From Candidatus Woesebacteria bacterium (GTDB lineage: Bacteria; Patescibacteriota; Microgenomatia; UBA1400; UBA1396), in contig CAVVNJ010000009.1 in the NCBI GenBank assembly GCA_963749595.1, positions 65,380-129,379 on the forward strand: DNA of 64,000 nucleotides, in the 5' to 3' direction. The translations under genes were made by a program, and so were the position numbers. The stretch's first letter is position 1, and every line of letters begins with the position of its first letter. This document shows, one piece after another, positions 8,050 through 18,600 of the stretch. The notes below the pieces were generated by a model. It worked only from the letters and a program-made list of their open reading frames with translations. It was not told the DNA's origin and did not search any database.

Positions 8050-8441
8050 TAAAATACCTCATTCCAATCTTGGATTGACAAGACGCCACTGGTAAAACCA
8101 GCCACAACCCGGATCTCGCGGCGGAAGTTGTTGAATTGTCCGATCGAGGTGATGGTCTGCGGGCCGGTCCCGGTCACGGTAATTGTTGCGGTGCCGGAAT
8201 CAATTGTCAATGTTTCGCCGGCATAGGCTGGGTCGCGTAGTAAGCGCAAGGTAGCGTTTTCTACCCCGGCCTCAGCCAGACTGTAAGCAATCAGACTTTG
8301 TTCAAACCGACTGGCTCCCAGCGAGCTGTTGATGATTAAGGTTACCGCCGCGGTGGTTACAATCAGGGTAATGGCCATGAAGAACAGCAGGATCGTCAAG
8401 GCTTGGCCAGATTGTCGATGAGGTCGATAAATTTGTTTCAT
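8049..8441 (-). CDS. PilX-like minor pilin / pseudopilin
   Basis: N-terminal GQALTILLFFMAITLIVTTAAVTLI hydrophobic segment, as in PilX N-terminal domains. Its ends overlap both neighbouring genes. Confidence 0.5.
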   Translation of the reverse strand: MKQIYRPHRQSGQALTILLFFMAITLIVTTAAVTLIINSSLGASRFEQSLIAYSLAEAGVENATLRLLRDPAYAGETLTIDSGTATITVTGTGPQTITSIGQFNNFRREIRVVAGFTSGVLSIQDWNEVF

Positions 8442-8923
8442 CTTAGTCCCACCGTGATTTGTTGGTGTCGAATTTCCGCCGGTTGGGCACCGGTTCCGGT
8501 GCCGGTCAGAGTAAACTTAATTTGCAAAGTCGGTTTTCCACTGGGGTTGCCAATCCTCGTCACTAACAAATTGCTTACCGAGACGCCGTCGCTAGAGAGA
8601 GGATAGTCTTGACCGCCCGTGGTTAGACGCAGCTGAGTACCGCTTAGGGCGTACTGGAAGCTCCCCCCACCGATCAAAAGGATTAGATTGTCAGCGCTTT
8701 GCCCATCGGCCGGGGCAATGACGCTGTCGGCCCGATGCAGATCATAGGTTAGGCGGGACAGGAGAAAATTGCCCGACTGTTCCACGTTGGAGGTAGATTG
8801 AGAGGCTAGCTGGACGTCAAGGGCGGTTAAAAAAATGGCCGTAAAAACGCTGATCAGGATCATGATCAGGCCCATGAAGATTAGCAATTCGATCAGAGTG
8901 AAGCCGGCGCGGAAGTTTTTCAT
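8438..8923 (-). CDS. prepilin-type N-terminal cleavage/methylation domain protein (minor pilin, PilW-like)
   Basis: MKNFRAG|FTLIELLIFMGLIMILISV motif. Confidence 0.75.
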   Translation of the reverse strand: MKNFRAGFTLIELLIFMGLIMILISVFTAIFLTALDVQLASQSTSNVEQSGNFLLSRLTYDLHRADSVIAPADGQSADNLILLIGGGSFQYALSGTQLRLTTGGQDYPLSSDGVSVSNLLVTRIGNPSGKPTLQIKFTLTGTGTGAQPAEIRHQQITVGLR

Positions 8924-10815
8924 GGTGAGTAATTTACCGTTATATCCGAAAATTGGGGAGTGATGTTAGGATCACTGGAGCTTAGATAGACTTTGTAACG
9001 GAAGCATTGGCCCGGGTTTTGGAAGTTTCCGCTAGTTAGGAGCGGAATTGAGCTGCTGTCATCAAAAAAGGTCTCTGCGGTTCCATCTGGGCCGATAAAT
9101 TGCCAGCTGGCGCCAGCGCAACTGCCCGCGACCGCCGGCGCGACCGCCATTTGGTACCTCACCGAGGTGCCGGCGGGTTCGGATTCGGTGACCCAAAAAC
9201 GGTTAAAAGCGGCAGAATAGCCGGCATCAAAAGTGTTAGATTCAAACGTTCCGGTCGCGGTGGTGCCGCCGCCAAATCCCTCGATAATTTTGAGTTCCGT
9301 ATTGGCGTCACCGGTGATAATATAGCTGTAGGCGTCGCCATCGCTTTCCAAAACCGAGGCCAAGCCGTTGACGCCGGTGTCAATGTTCAGGCTGCCGCAG
9401 GCGGACGGGGAGTTTCATTGGTGATGTCGATGACTTGGTATTCATCGCCGTTGGCTGCCGACAGTGATCGCTTTATTTCCAGGGACCACGGTTACGGAGC
9501 GGGGATTCATGCCATTGGTGTCATAACTGCCGATCACGGGTCGGTCGCCGGTTTTAGATCGATGTGTCAATGATGAAAAACTCTGCTTGCGAACCGGAGG
9601 CGCCGGTGGCCAGATATACTCGGTTGCCGTCGCCGCTGACGAATACGTCCCGACCGCCCTGTCCGGGGACGGACGCTTGCCGACCACCGTCGAGACTGCT
9701 GGGATTGGAGACGTCAATGATCTGCAACTGGGCGCCTGATTGATCGCGATGAAGGCGTGCGAACCGACCACCACGATTCTCCGGCCGTTGCCGGCCAGTC
9801 CGACGCTGCCCAGTTGCGGCCGGCTGCCGGATTTGTGTCGCAGGTTGAAACTGTAAAAGTGTTGCGGTCGGTCATGTAGCTCCGGTATTGCCGGAGACAA
9901 ACACGCTATCTCCTGATCCGGGGCCGGGAGAGTTAAAAGCCCGACTTCGCTGGGCGTGCCGGTGATGTCGAGAATGACGATTTCCTTATTATTCGTGTCC
10001 GTGCCGAGGTAAGCGTAATTCGTTTCGCCAAAAATGGCGTTGGTCTTGAAGCCATTGAAGGTATTAGTAATTGAGGGGATCGGAGGTTTGGTGTCGGTAA
10101 TGTTGATGGTCGCATAAGAAACTCCGGAGGCATTTTCTCCGGTGCCGGCAAAAATCTTGCCCTGAATGGCCGAGATGGCGTTGGCGACGCCGTTTTTGGG
10201 CAGATCCAGCGGGGTAATCTGCAAATTAGGGGCGCACCAGTTGGGGATGGATCCGGAAGCCAAAACTACGGCTCCTCCCCCCGTCGTGGTCACGGAAGTA
10301 TCGTTAGTGGTGCCCCCGCTAAACTCTTCCGTGCTTGATTCTTCTAGGGCATCGTTATCCAAGTAGCGGGTGAAGATCAGCGTGGTGCTAACCTCGGAGG
10401 CAAACGGTGTTGGCCAGCTGACGATGATCAACGTTTTTTTGGTGGAGGGGTCCAGTTGACCACCGTTTTCCACTAGCTGCCCATTTTCATTGCGAAAGGC
10501 CGAAGATACTTGAACCGAACGGGTAAAGCCGGAGATAACTTCCCCGTTGGGCTGAAGCTGCCAAAGGCCATTCACCACAACCGGATGATAAGTTCCGTCC
10601 ACGGCAAAAGTGGTCCAGTTTTGTTCGCGGACGCTGCGCGTGGCTTCCACCGCTTCCTGCATTAGCGCCGTCGCTTGAAGCCGTTGCTGTTGTTGTGCTT
10701 TTCCCTCCCGCGTGGCCACGATACCGGTTAGCAAGGCCGGCATTACCAGCGACGAGACCGCCATGGCGAGCAAGACTTCGATCAGGGTTTGGCCGGACTG
10801 CCAGAATTTTCGCAT
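8920..10815 (-). pseudogene. large pilin-like protein with a predicted beta-propeller (LVIVD-type repeats), disrupted by multiple frameshifts
   Basis: The N-terminus SGQTLIEVLLAMAVSSLVMPALL is pilin-like. From about 9950 down to 9360 the plausible protein jumps frames at least six times. Examples of good sequence in the other frames are DSVFVSGNTGAT, AQLQIIDVSNPSSL...DVFVSGDGNRVYLATGASGSQAEFFIIDTS and NGDEYQVIDITNE. It then rejoins ORF 8920-9363. Confidence 0.7.
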
Positions 10816-10816
10816 T

Positions 10817-11296
10817 TTACTGCACCCCCGTTACGACGCCCAAGCGGTTAAAGGTGGCTTGGCGGGTTTGGTTGTTAGCGGGATTAAACAGGGTGAAATA
10901 ATCTGCGCCGGCAACCAAACCCGCCACCTCCCCACTTCCGGGACTAAAAACGATCACCGCACTGGGTAGATTGGTACCGCTGAACTGCAACGATCCCGGA
11001 AGATCCACGACGGAATTGCCGAGCTTGTTGATTTGATAGGTTGGGCCGTAGAAGAGGGTGTAGCTCTCAGTTTCAAAATGGACGCCATAGCTATCGGTAA
11101 CGCCGCGCCCCTCTGTATCGCCCAGCATCGCCTTGAGCTGCTGTTGTTTGATGTCGGATAAAATCGCTTGGAGGGCGCTATTGATTTCAACCTGACTGCG
11201 GGCCCCCAAAAGATTAGGCACGGTCACGGCAATAATCGTGAGGATAATCCCCATCACGATGCCTAACTCGATGATCGTAAAACCATTGCGCCGCAT
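10817..11296 (-). CDS. prepilin-type minor pilin (GspH/FimT-like)
   Basis: MRRNG|FTIIELGIVMGIILTIIAV N-terminal methylation motif. Confidence 0.75.
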   Translation of the reverse strand: MRRNGFTIIELGIVMGIILTIIAVTVPNLLGARSQVEINSALQAILSDIKQQQLKAMLGDTEGRGVTDSYGVHFETESYTLFYGPTYQINKLGNSVVDLPGSLQFSGTNLPSAVIVFSPGSGEVAGLVAGADYFTLFNPANNQTRQATFNRLGVVTGVQ

Positions 11297-11299
11297 CGT

Positions 11300-12353
11300 T
11301 TACCTTGACCCTACTTGCCCGATCAGTCCATAAATCGGGGCAATAATTGACAGCATCATGCCGCCCACGGCCGCGCCAACAAACACCAGCATGATTGGTT
11401 CCAGCAGAACCGTGATGGCTTTGAGTGAGTTGTCGACTTCATATTCCATGAAATCCGCGATGTCGGCCATCGATTTTTCCAAAGTGCCGGTCTTATCGCC
11501 GACCTCGATTAATTTAACAATAATGTTGGGAATAAGTTTCCTTTCTTGCCGCAGTCCTTCCGCCAACTTTTTTCCGGAAGAAACGGACTCATGCAAATTG
11601 TGAATCACGCGGGCGATGTCTTTGCGCAAAACTACGTGTTCGGCCAGCAGTAGTGCGTCAGGCAGCGGTAGTCCCGAACCAAGCAATAAATGCATACTAT
11701 GGGCAAAACGGGCCAGATCAATTTTTCGCACTAAATCCGAAATTAACGGCAGTGACATCAGCGGCGTGAGCAATAGGCCGCGGTTGCGTCGGTAAATCAC
11801 GATCATGACGGTCACGATTAAACCAACCACGGCGATGACCGGCACCGTTTGCTTAAGCAACAAGTTTGAAGCGACAATCAGAATTCTGGTGGGCAGCGGA
11901 AGGGTGATGGTTAAGCGGGAGAAAACGGTCGCGATGCGGGGAATCACCACGACTAGAATCATGAGTAAAACGAGTATAAAGATAACCAGAATCAGCACCG
12001 GGTAAGCCAGAGCGGCTTTAATCTTGTCCGAAAACTCGGCTTCCTTTTTAGTGCTGGTTTTTAGGTCCTGCAAAATTTGGGCCAACGTGCCTGCCTTCTT
12101 CGGCGGCCCGCACCAAGCTCACGGTGACCTCATTAAAAACACGGGGAAATTTTGCCAGCGTGGTGTTGACCCGCTTACCCTCACTCAGGTCCGCCTGCAA
12201 AGTGGAGAGGACTTTTTTAACGTTACCTTTGGCATCGGTTTCCAGGGAATTTACCGCTTCTAAAATGGGAATGCCGGCGCTTAGCATCGTCTCAAGATTG
12301 CTGATGAAGCCGATTTTTTCGTTCGTGGATAGATAAAGTCGATTTCCGTTCAT
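11300..12353 (-). pseudogene. pilC: type IV pilus platform protein PilC (GspF family), with one apparent frameshift near 12090-12100
   Basis: ORF 12048-12353 (…FPRVFNEVTVSLVRAAEE) and ORF 11300-12085 (…AQILQDLKTSTKKEAEFSDKIKAALAYP…) join into a normal T2SSF protein. This requires removing one G from GAAGAAGGCAGG. Confidence 0.85.
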
Positions 12354-14035
12354 ACCATTTCTGTTTTGGTGACCCGCAACACCTCCTCCACCGTTGTTAA
12401 ACCACTGACCACTTTATTGAGACCGTCATCGACAATCGTAGCCATGCCTTCCTTAACCGCGGTGGCCTTGATGACGTCGGCATCGGCGCGTTGAGTGATC
12501 AGGGCGCGAATCGCTTCGGTGACCAACAGCACCTCAAAAAGACCGATCCGGCCAGCGTAACCGGTGCCACGGCAGACTTTACAACCCGTGCCGCGATAGA
12601 CACGGTTTTCCTTTTTTTCACCGCCATTGGGAAAATGTTTTTTTACAATTTCCGGCGGAAAATTGTCCAACAATTCTTTTTCACTGATGGTGGCCGAGGT
12701 TCGGCAGGCCTCGCAAATTTTTCGAACCAAGCGTTGCGCGACAATAACGTTCACGGTTGAGGCAACGAGAAAGGGTTCGACTTTCAAATCCAGCAAACGG
12801 GGAACGGCCGTCGCGGCGTCATTGGTGTGGAGCGTGCTGAAAACTAAGTGTCCGGTGAGAGCGGCATTAACCGCAATGCCGGCGGTTTCGCTGTCCCGAA
12901 TTTCGCCCACAAAAATAACGTTCGGGTCCTGACGCAAAATTGAGCGCAAGCCATTGGCAAAGGTCAGATTGGTTTTAGTGTTGACCTGGATTTGGTTGGC
13001 CCCTTTAATGCGGTACTCAATCGGATCTTCAATGGTGGTGATGTTGCGGTTGCGCTGATTAAGAATTTTCAGCATGGCGTAAATCGTGGTGGTCTTGCCG
13101 GAGCCGGTGGGTCCGGTAGACAGAATCATGCCGAAAGCCCGAGAATAGGCCTGGGTCATTTTGTTAAGATCGCCTTCATTCATGCCAAGGTCTGCCAGGG
13201 AATACTTACGGAGACGCGAAGAAAGCAGCCGGAGCACGACTTTTTCCCCGTCAGCAATCGGAATAATGGACACCCGAATATCCAGCGTGTCTTCGTCAAA
13301 CTCCAGGTGCATTTTTCCGTCTTGAGCGCTGAGATGTTCGTCCGTACGTAAATCGGAAAGGACCTTAATCCGGGTTAGAATGCGGTCATGGAGCGGTAAA
13401 TTGATGTGCAGAGCGTCTTGCAGCTCGCCATCGATACGAAAGCGGACAACTGATTCTTTTTCTTGCGGTTCAATGTGGATATCCGAGGAGAATTGCCGGT
13501 AAGCCGATTCAATCATGGAATCAACAATTTTCACTACCGGCGGATCGCTTACGCCGTCACCCCCGGTATCTTCTCGTTGTAATTGATCGATCGTTTTCTG
13601 GATATCTTCTTTGTAATGCAACAGGGTGTCTTCAATATCTTTAGTGGTGGCGTAATGGACGTTGACCTTCTGCCCGGTTTTCTTTTCGATCAACTCAACA
13701 ATATCTTTGCGGCTGGGATCAGCCATGGCCAGATCAAGCCCGGTGGTGGTCCGCGCAAAGGCGATGATTTTATATTTTCTGGCCAAACGCTGTGGAACAA
13801 CATTCAGTACTTCATTGCTAATTTCTTTTTTACCCAAAGCAACGAACGGTATTTTTATTTCCGCCGCAATTAGCTGTCCCAACTTCTCGTCGGTAATGAC
13901 CCCTCGTTCAACCAGGGCGTTAGGGAGAGTTTCCCCACTGGTTTGCGCGTAGGCGACTACCTCGGCCAGATCTTTGACTTCCAGCACATGGGCCGCGAGG
14001 ATAATTTTTTGGATTAGTTCGGCGGTGATAGGCAT
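12350..14035 (-). CDS. pilB: type IV pilus assembly ATPase PilB (GspE family)
   Basis: 561 aa with an N-terminal T2SSE_N-type domain, Walker A GPTGSGKTT and the tetracysteine CEAC...CKVC. Its stop overlaps the pilC start. Confidence 0.92.
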   Translation of the reverse strand: MPITAELIQKIILAAHVLEVKDLAEVVAYAQTSGETLPNALVERGVITDEKLGQLIAAEIKIPFVALGKKEISNEVLNVVPQRLARKYKIIAFARTTTGLDLAMADPSRKDIVELIEKKTGQKVNVHYATTKDIEDTLLHYKEDIQKTIDQLQREDTGGDGVSDPPVVKIVDSMIESAYRQFSSDIHIEPQEKESVVRFRIDGELQDALHINLPLHDRILTRIKVLSDLRTDEHLSAQDGKMHLEFDEDTLDIRVSIIPIADGEKVVLRLLSSRLRKYSLADLGMNEGDLNKMTQAYSRAFGMILSTGPTGSGKTTTIYAMLKILNQRNRNITTIEDPIEYRIKGANQIQVNTKTNLTFANGLRSILRQDPNVIFVGEIRDSETAGIAVNAALTGHLVFSTLHTNDAATAVPRLLDLKVEPFLVASTVNVIVAQRLVRKICEACRTSATISEKELLDNFPPEIVKKHFPNGGEKKENRVYRGTGCKVCRGTGYAGRIGLFEVLLVTEAIRALITQRADADVIKATAVKEGMATIVDDGLNKVVSGLTTVEEVLRVTKTEMV

Positions 14036-14081
14036 CAGATCAATAATATACTAAAGTAAGTTACTGTAGTATCCTGAGACT

Positions 14082-14891
14082 ATGACTCTTTCCGAAGCGC
14101 TCGGCAAAGGAAAAACTCTTGCTTTTTTCTCTCTGGTCTATGTCCTGGCGATAATTACCTACTGGTTTAAACCCTGGGGAGTCCAAAATGATTTGGCTCA
14201 AACCATTGTCTATCTTCTGGCCCCGGTTTTAGCCACCGGTTCGGCCCTTTTTTTACTGGCCAAGTATGGCTTGACCGGCAAACGTTCGCTGGTGTTTTTC
14301 ACTTTGTTGGCCGGTCTGATTTTTCTGTTGGCCGGTGAGGTGATCTATGTTTATTTCGACTATTTTTTGGAGTCCCGCCCGTTCCCAACCGTGGCTGACG
14401 TTTTTTATTTATTATCCTACCCATTTATTTTCTTAAGCATTTTTATCGCGTCGCGCTTGCTGCGGGAGTCGGCTCGTTCGCTGAGCTGGCAATCAAGGAT
14501 ATCTTTGCTGGTTTTGTTCCTGTTGTTTGGTGGAGTAGTGGCTTACTCGGATATTTACTTAAGTTACTCGACTTCGGAGTCGATTCTGGTTAACGCCATC
14601 AATTTGGCTTATGGACTGGGTGACTTTTTGATCATTGCCGGCGCGCTGGGTTTATTCTATCTGGCGCGCCACGCTCGCCAAACGGCGGAAAATTATCTCT
14701 GGACGGGTCTGGTGGTTGGCTTTGGCTGTATTACCGCCGCGGATTTGTTATTCGCTAATTTTAATGAGTTGTATTTATCGGGCAATACCATCGCGGTCAA
14801 CATTATGGACTCACTCTGGATGCTGGGTTACACCGTGATCGCTTTTTTCATCATGAACTTTGTGGTTAAGTCGATTCAGACTAACGACTAA
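14082..14891 (+). CDS. polytopic membrane protein, function unknown
   Basis: 269 aa with about 8 hydrophobic helices and no recognisable catalytic motif. Confidence 0.4.
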   Translation: MTLSEALGKGKTLAFFSLVYVLAIITYWFKPWGVQNDLAQTIVYLLAPVLATGSALFLLAKYGLTGKRSLVFFTLLAGLIFLLAGEVIYVYFDYFLESRPFPTVADVFYLLSYPFIFLSIFIASRLLRESARSLSWQSRISLLVLFLLFGGVVAYSDIYLSYSTSESILVNAINLAYGLGDFLIIAGALGLFYLARHARQTAENYLWTGLVVGFGCITAADLLFANFNELYLSGNTIAVNIMDSLWMLGYTVIAFFIMNFVVKSIQTND

Positions 14892-15646
14892 TTGCTCTCA
14901 GGCGTGGGTGCAGGAGAAGCCGTCGGGGTTGGAGTTGCTTTTACTAAGTTGGTAGCAGCATCGGCACCCAGAATTACTAAGATATCTCCTTGGGGCTTGG
15001 CTTCACCGGTTGGGAGCGATGCCACTTTTGCCTGTAGAAGTGTGGCTAGTTGGGTGGCCTCCGCCTTTTTCGTTCCGGATAAATCAACCACTATGGTTTC
15101 GGAGTAGCTCTTTTGCGCGTTGCCCTTACTAGTGATCGATAAATTATTGACTTTCTCTTTCAATAGGTTTTCGACCACGGAAGTGAGACCGGAGGAATTG
15201 GTCCCGTTGGCTAAAGCGACGCTGATAGTTGCGGCGTTTTCACCCAAATTGATCGCCGCCACCTCAATGATTTTATTCGTTCCCGGCCGGTAGAGCACGG
15301 CTTTTTTAGTGCCGGTATAAATTAAAACTTTATCGCCGTTTTCCGCTTTGGCGAAAAAAGGTTGGGTTTTTACTTTTTCGGCATCGGTGACGGTCATCAG
15401 GGTGGGTTTTTCTTCTGGTAATTCCATTAGTGTTCCGACCTTGTTAGTAAGCTGTTTGGCTTCCTCATCGACCACGATATTAGGATTAGCTTTGATTTTT
15501 GCCAGCTCGGATTGGAGAGAGCGGTAGCGGGTTACGCCAAAAAATAAACCGCCGCCTACGACTAATATTGCAACTACAACTAAGCTTATTTTTGAAACTA
15601 AAATCGATAGCAACGTCCTAATGATTCCCATGTCCTGTCTCCTCAA
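14888..15646 (-). CDS. membrane-anchored LytR_C domain protein
   Basis: N-terminal TM helix. The C-terminal segment VALANGTNSSGLTSVVENLL...ETIVVDLSGTKKAEATQLATLL fits the LytR C-terminal domain pattern. It ends in a Pro/Thr tail. Confidence 0.6.
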   Translation of the reverse strand: MRRQDMGIIRTLLSILVSKISLVVVAILVVGGGLFFGVTRYRSLQSELAKIKANPNIVVDEEAKQLTNKVGTLMELPEEKPTLMTVTDAEKVKTQPFFAKAENGDKVLIYTGTKKAVLYRPGTNKIIEVAAINLGENAATISVALANGTNSSGLTSVVENLLKEKVNNLSITSKGNAQKSYSETIVVDLSGTKKAEATQLATLLQAKVASLPTGEAKPQGDILVILGADAATNLVKATPTPTASPAPTPESN

Positions 15647-15698
15647 TTACTATCATTCTATTAAGTTCCGTAACAAACTGTCAAGATCGAACCGACCG

Positions 15699-18600
15699 TT
15701 AATTGACTTGGGCCGAGTTTGAAGCCGTCGGGGATGGTTCCGGTGTTATTTCCGGAGATGGAGTCGGAAGAGGACTTGGTATTGGAGTGACCGGTACTGC
15801 GGTCGGTTCGGGAGTTGGCGTTGATGCTGGCTCGACAGTTGGAACTGGAGAGGGCTGGCTGGTTGGTTCGATCACCGGGGTTGGTTCCGCGGGATGGTCG
15901 ATTTTGGTTACCGTGGCCGGAGTGGTTGAGTTGGCCACCGACAAAGCCATCCAAGAGAAATTCAGGTCAAAACTGCTCGGCCGGGAAAGTCTGATCTTGA
16001 AACCCTTGGTAGTCAGATCAGCGATCGCGTAGGCTGGCACCTCGTCCGGTTTGGTTGTGCCAACCAAGTTGACGTTGGCGGTGACCACTGGGTGGCTAGC
16101 GTATTCTTTTTCGAAACGAACCTCGACCTCGCTGGCACCACTGGGCAGAAAGGCGAAACCGGCGGTGTCTTTATTAAAGGTTGGGCGGCCCAGGAAGGCG
16201 ACGTCACCGTGGAAGACAACTTGGTCAAAGAATTCACTGACCCGGCGGAAGAGTCCATTTAAGAGGTCGGCCAGGAGAGTCGGAGATCCACCGGCAGTTT
16301 CGGAAGAGGCGACTTGAGCTGAGTTAGAGGCTAGACCGTCAACTTTTTCGGTGAGACTGGATAAGTTATTAGCGAGGATCGACCAACCCTGAATTTGATT
16401 GGCTTCGATTTTGTCAGCCTTCAGAGTGCCGGCGAAGAAGGCGTTGCCCAGAGAATCAACGCGGACATTTTCCAGTCCGTTTTCGCCCAACAGTTCTAGA
16501 GTTCCAGTCAGGCGGGCGTCCTGGGCGGTGATTCGAGGGGCAATTACCTCTATGCCGGCGGCTACGCGATCAGCCAGAACATTCGAGAAGTCGGCTGGTT
16601 CACCGGTCGCGAGAGGTTGACTGAGCAACTGCGTTAGGACTTGACGGCCATAGTCGGTTTCATTCTCGGTCAGTCCTGGTAATAGGTTAGATAACGTTCC
16701 GGTAGCAGCCCCGTTTTTCACAAAAGCCAATACCGCGCCGGTTCCCTCACCGTTGAAATCGGTCAGCGCCGTCCCAATCACTGCGCCGGCTTTCGTCGCT
16801 TTCATGGCCACTCCCGCCAGGCTCGAAGTCGTGAGGTAATCGCCCGCCTTAATTGGCCCATTCTCGGATGAGACCTTGACCGGTACGCGGCCGGACATGG
16901 CTATCGGTACGGCTTTAACGCCCTCGTTGGTGACATTACCCATCACTAAACCTGGCCAGGTGGAAACAATTCCCAGAACTCCCGGGTCGTAGGCAATGGC
17001 GCTCTTTTGGGCACCGGTTTCCAAGTTAGAATCTAAGGAAACTACGTCGCCGGCGGATAAGGTTGAGTCATTGGTGGTATAAAACTCTGCGAGGTCAGAA
17101 CCATTATCGATGACCGTGGCGAACATGCCGAAAATGCGGACGTCGGTGTCTCCGGTGGCGGTGGAGGCACAGAAAGAATAATTTTGCGCTGCTGTGCCAG
17201 CATCCGCTTCCAGAGCAACCAACTCAAAGTCGCCAACTATAACGCCATTAGCTACTGTGATAGCGATGGTGTTAGTCGCTAGGACCGAACCGGTACAAGT
17301 GGCGTTATCTTCAATTTTGATGACCAGAGATTGGTCAGTGTTGTTACTGCTGACTAATTCGACTTTACCGCGTACATAAACGTCGCCGGTGGCCGTTGAG
17401 GGAGTAACCGAAACCGACGCCAAAGTAACTTCTCCAGCCGCAACATTATCGAGGGCATCACTCGTGTCATAGCTGGCGGCGGATTGGACATCAGCCAGCG
17501 TGGTCACACAGTTGACCCAGGCTCCGTTCTCATAGCAGCGATATTTATTAGTGCTGGTGTTGTAGTACATGCCGCCGTTAACACCGGTGGGGTCGGCCGT
17601 GCCGTTATCGAGGACTAGGAGATCGGGTGTGGCGGTGGCGCTATTGCCGATCTGCACTTTGCCGCTAGAGGAAGTCGGTCCGACTGTAAAGTTGACGTTG
17701 CCGGTGCCGGAGTTAATATTGACTGCGGTCGCCCCGGTAATGTTGCCGATGGTCAAGGTCTTGGCATTGGCGCCGGTTCCTAGATTAACCGCACCGGTAG
17801 TGCCGGAGTCAAGGGTGAGGGCATTAGTCGTATTTGAGGTGACGGAACCGGCGCCGGCAAAACTGAAGGCCGTGGCGGAAACACCAATTGTGTCGAGTGA
17901 GGCCACCCCGGTTAACGCCCCACCAGTCGTAACGTTAAGACCGCCACTGGAAGTCAGGGCAAAGGTTCCGGTAGCATTACCGACCGCCGTGTTACCGGTT
18001 CCGGCAGTGTTGAAGTTGATGGTCGGAGCGGTAATAGCCGCCGTTCCGGAGGATAGGGTTTGAGTCAGGCCGGTTAATCCGGTCGAGTTGATCGCTCCGG
18101 AGGTCGAGGTCAGGCTGAGGGTACCGGACGCTAAAGTTAGGCCGGTGGCCCCCGTTATGGCGCCGGCGCCGGTAATGTCGATCGAGCCGGAATTAAGGAT
18201 GTTGCCCAGCGTGCCAGTGATCAGGATGCCGTCGGTGATGGTTCCTGCTGTTTCGGCAATCTGTAAGCCGCTAGTCATCGTACCCGCACCGGTTTGTTCA
18301 ATTAGCAGACCATTGGTTAAAGTGCCAGAGGCGATCGAATTAAAGATTCTTTGGGCGGATGTTCCAGCAGTATCCTGGTTTTCCAGGGTCAGGGAAGTCG
18401 GGGTGGCGACCTCGCCCAGGGTGAAAGCGATATTGCGGGCGGTAGTCGTTAAAATGGTGTTGCCGTTGTCATATGCGACCTGCAGGGTGGCAGTGCCACC
18501 GCCGGCTTGATCAGCGGCACAACCCCAGGTGTCGGTAGTCTCGTTCCACTTGAGAATTTGGGTATCGGAGCAGCCTTGTAACAGGGTTAGACCAGAGGAC

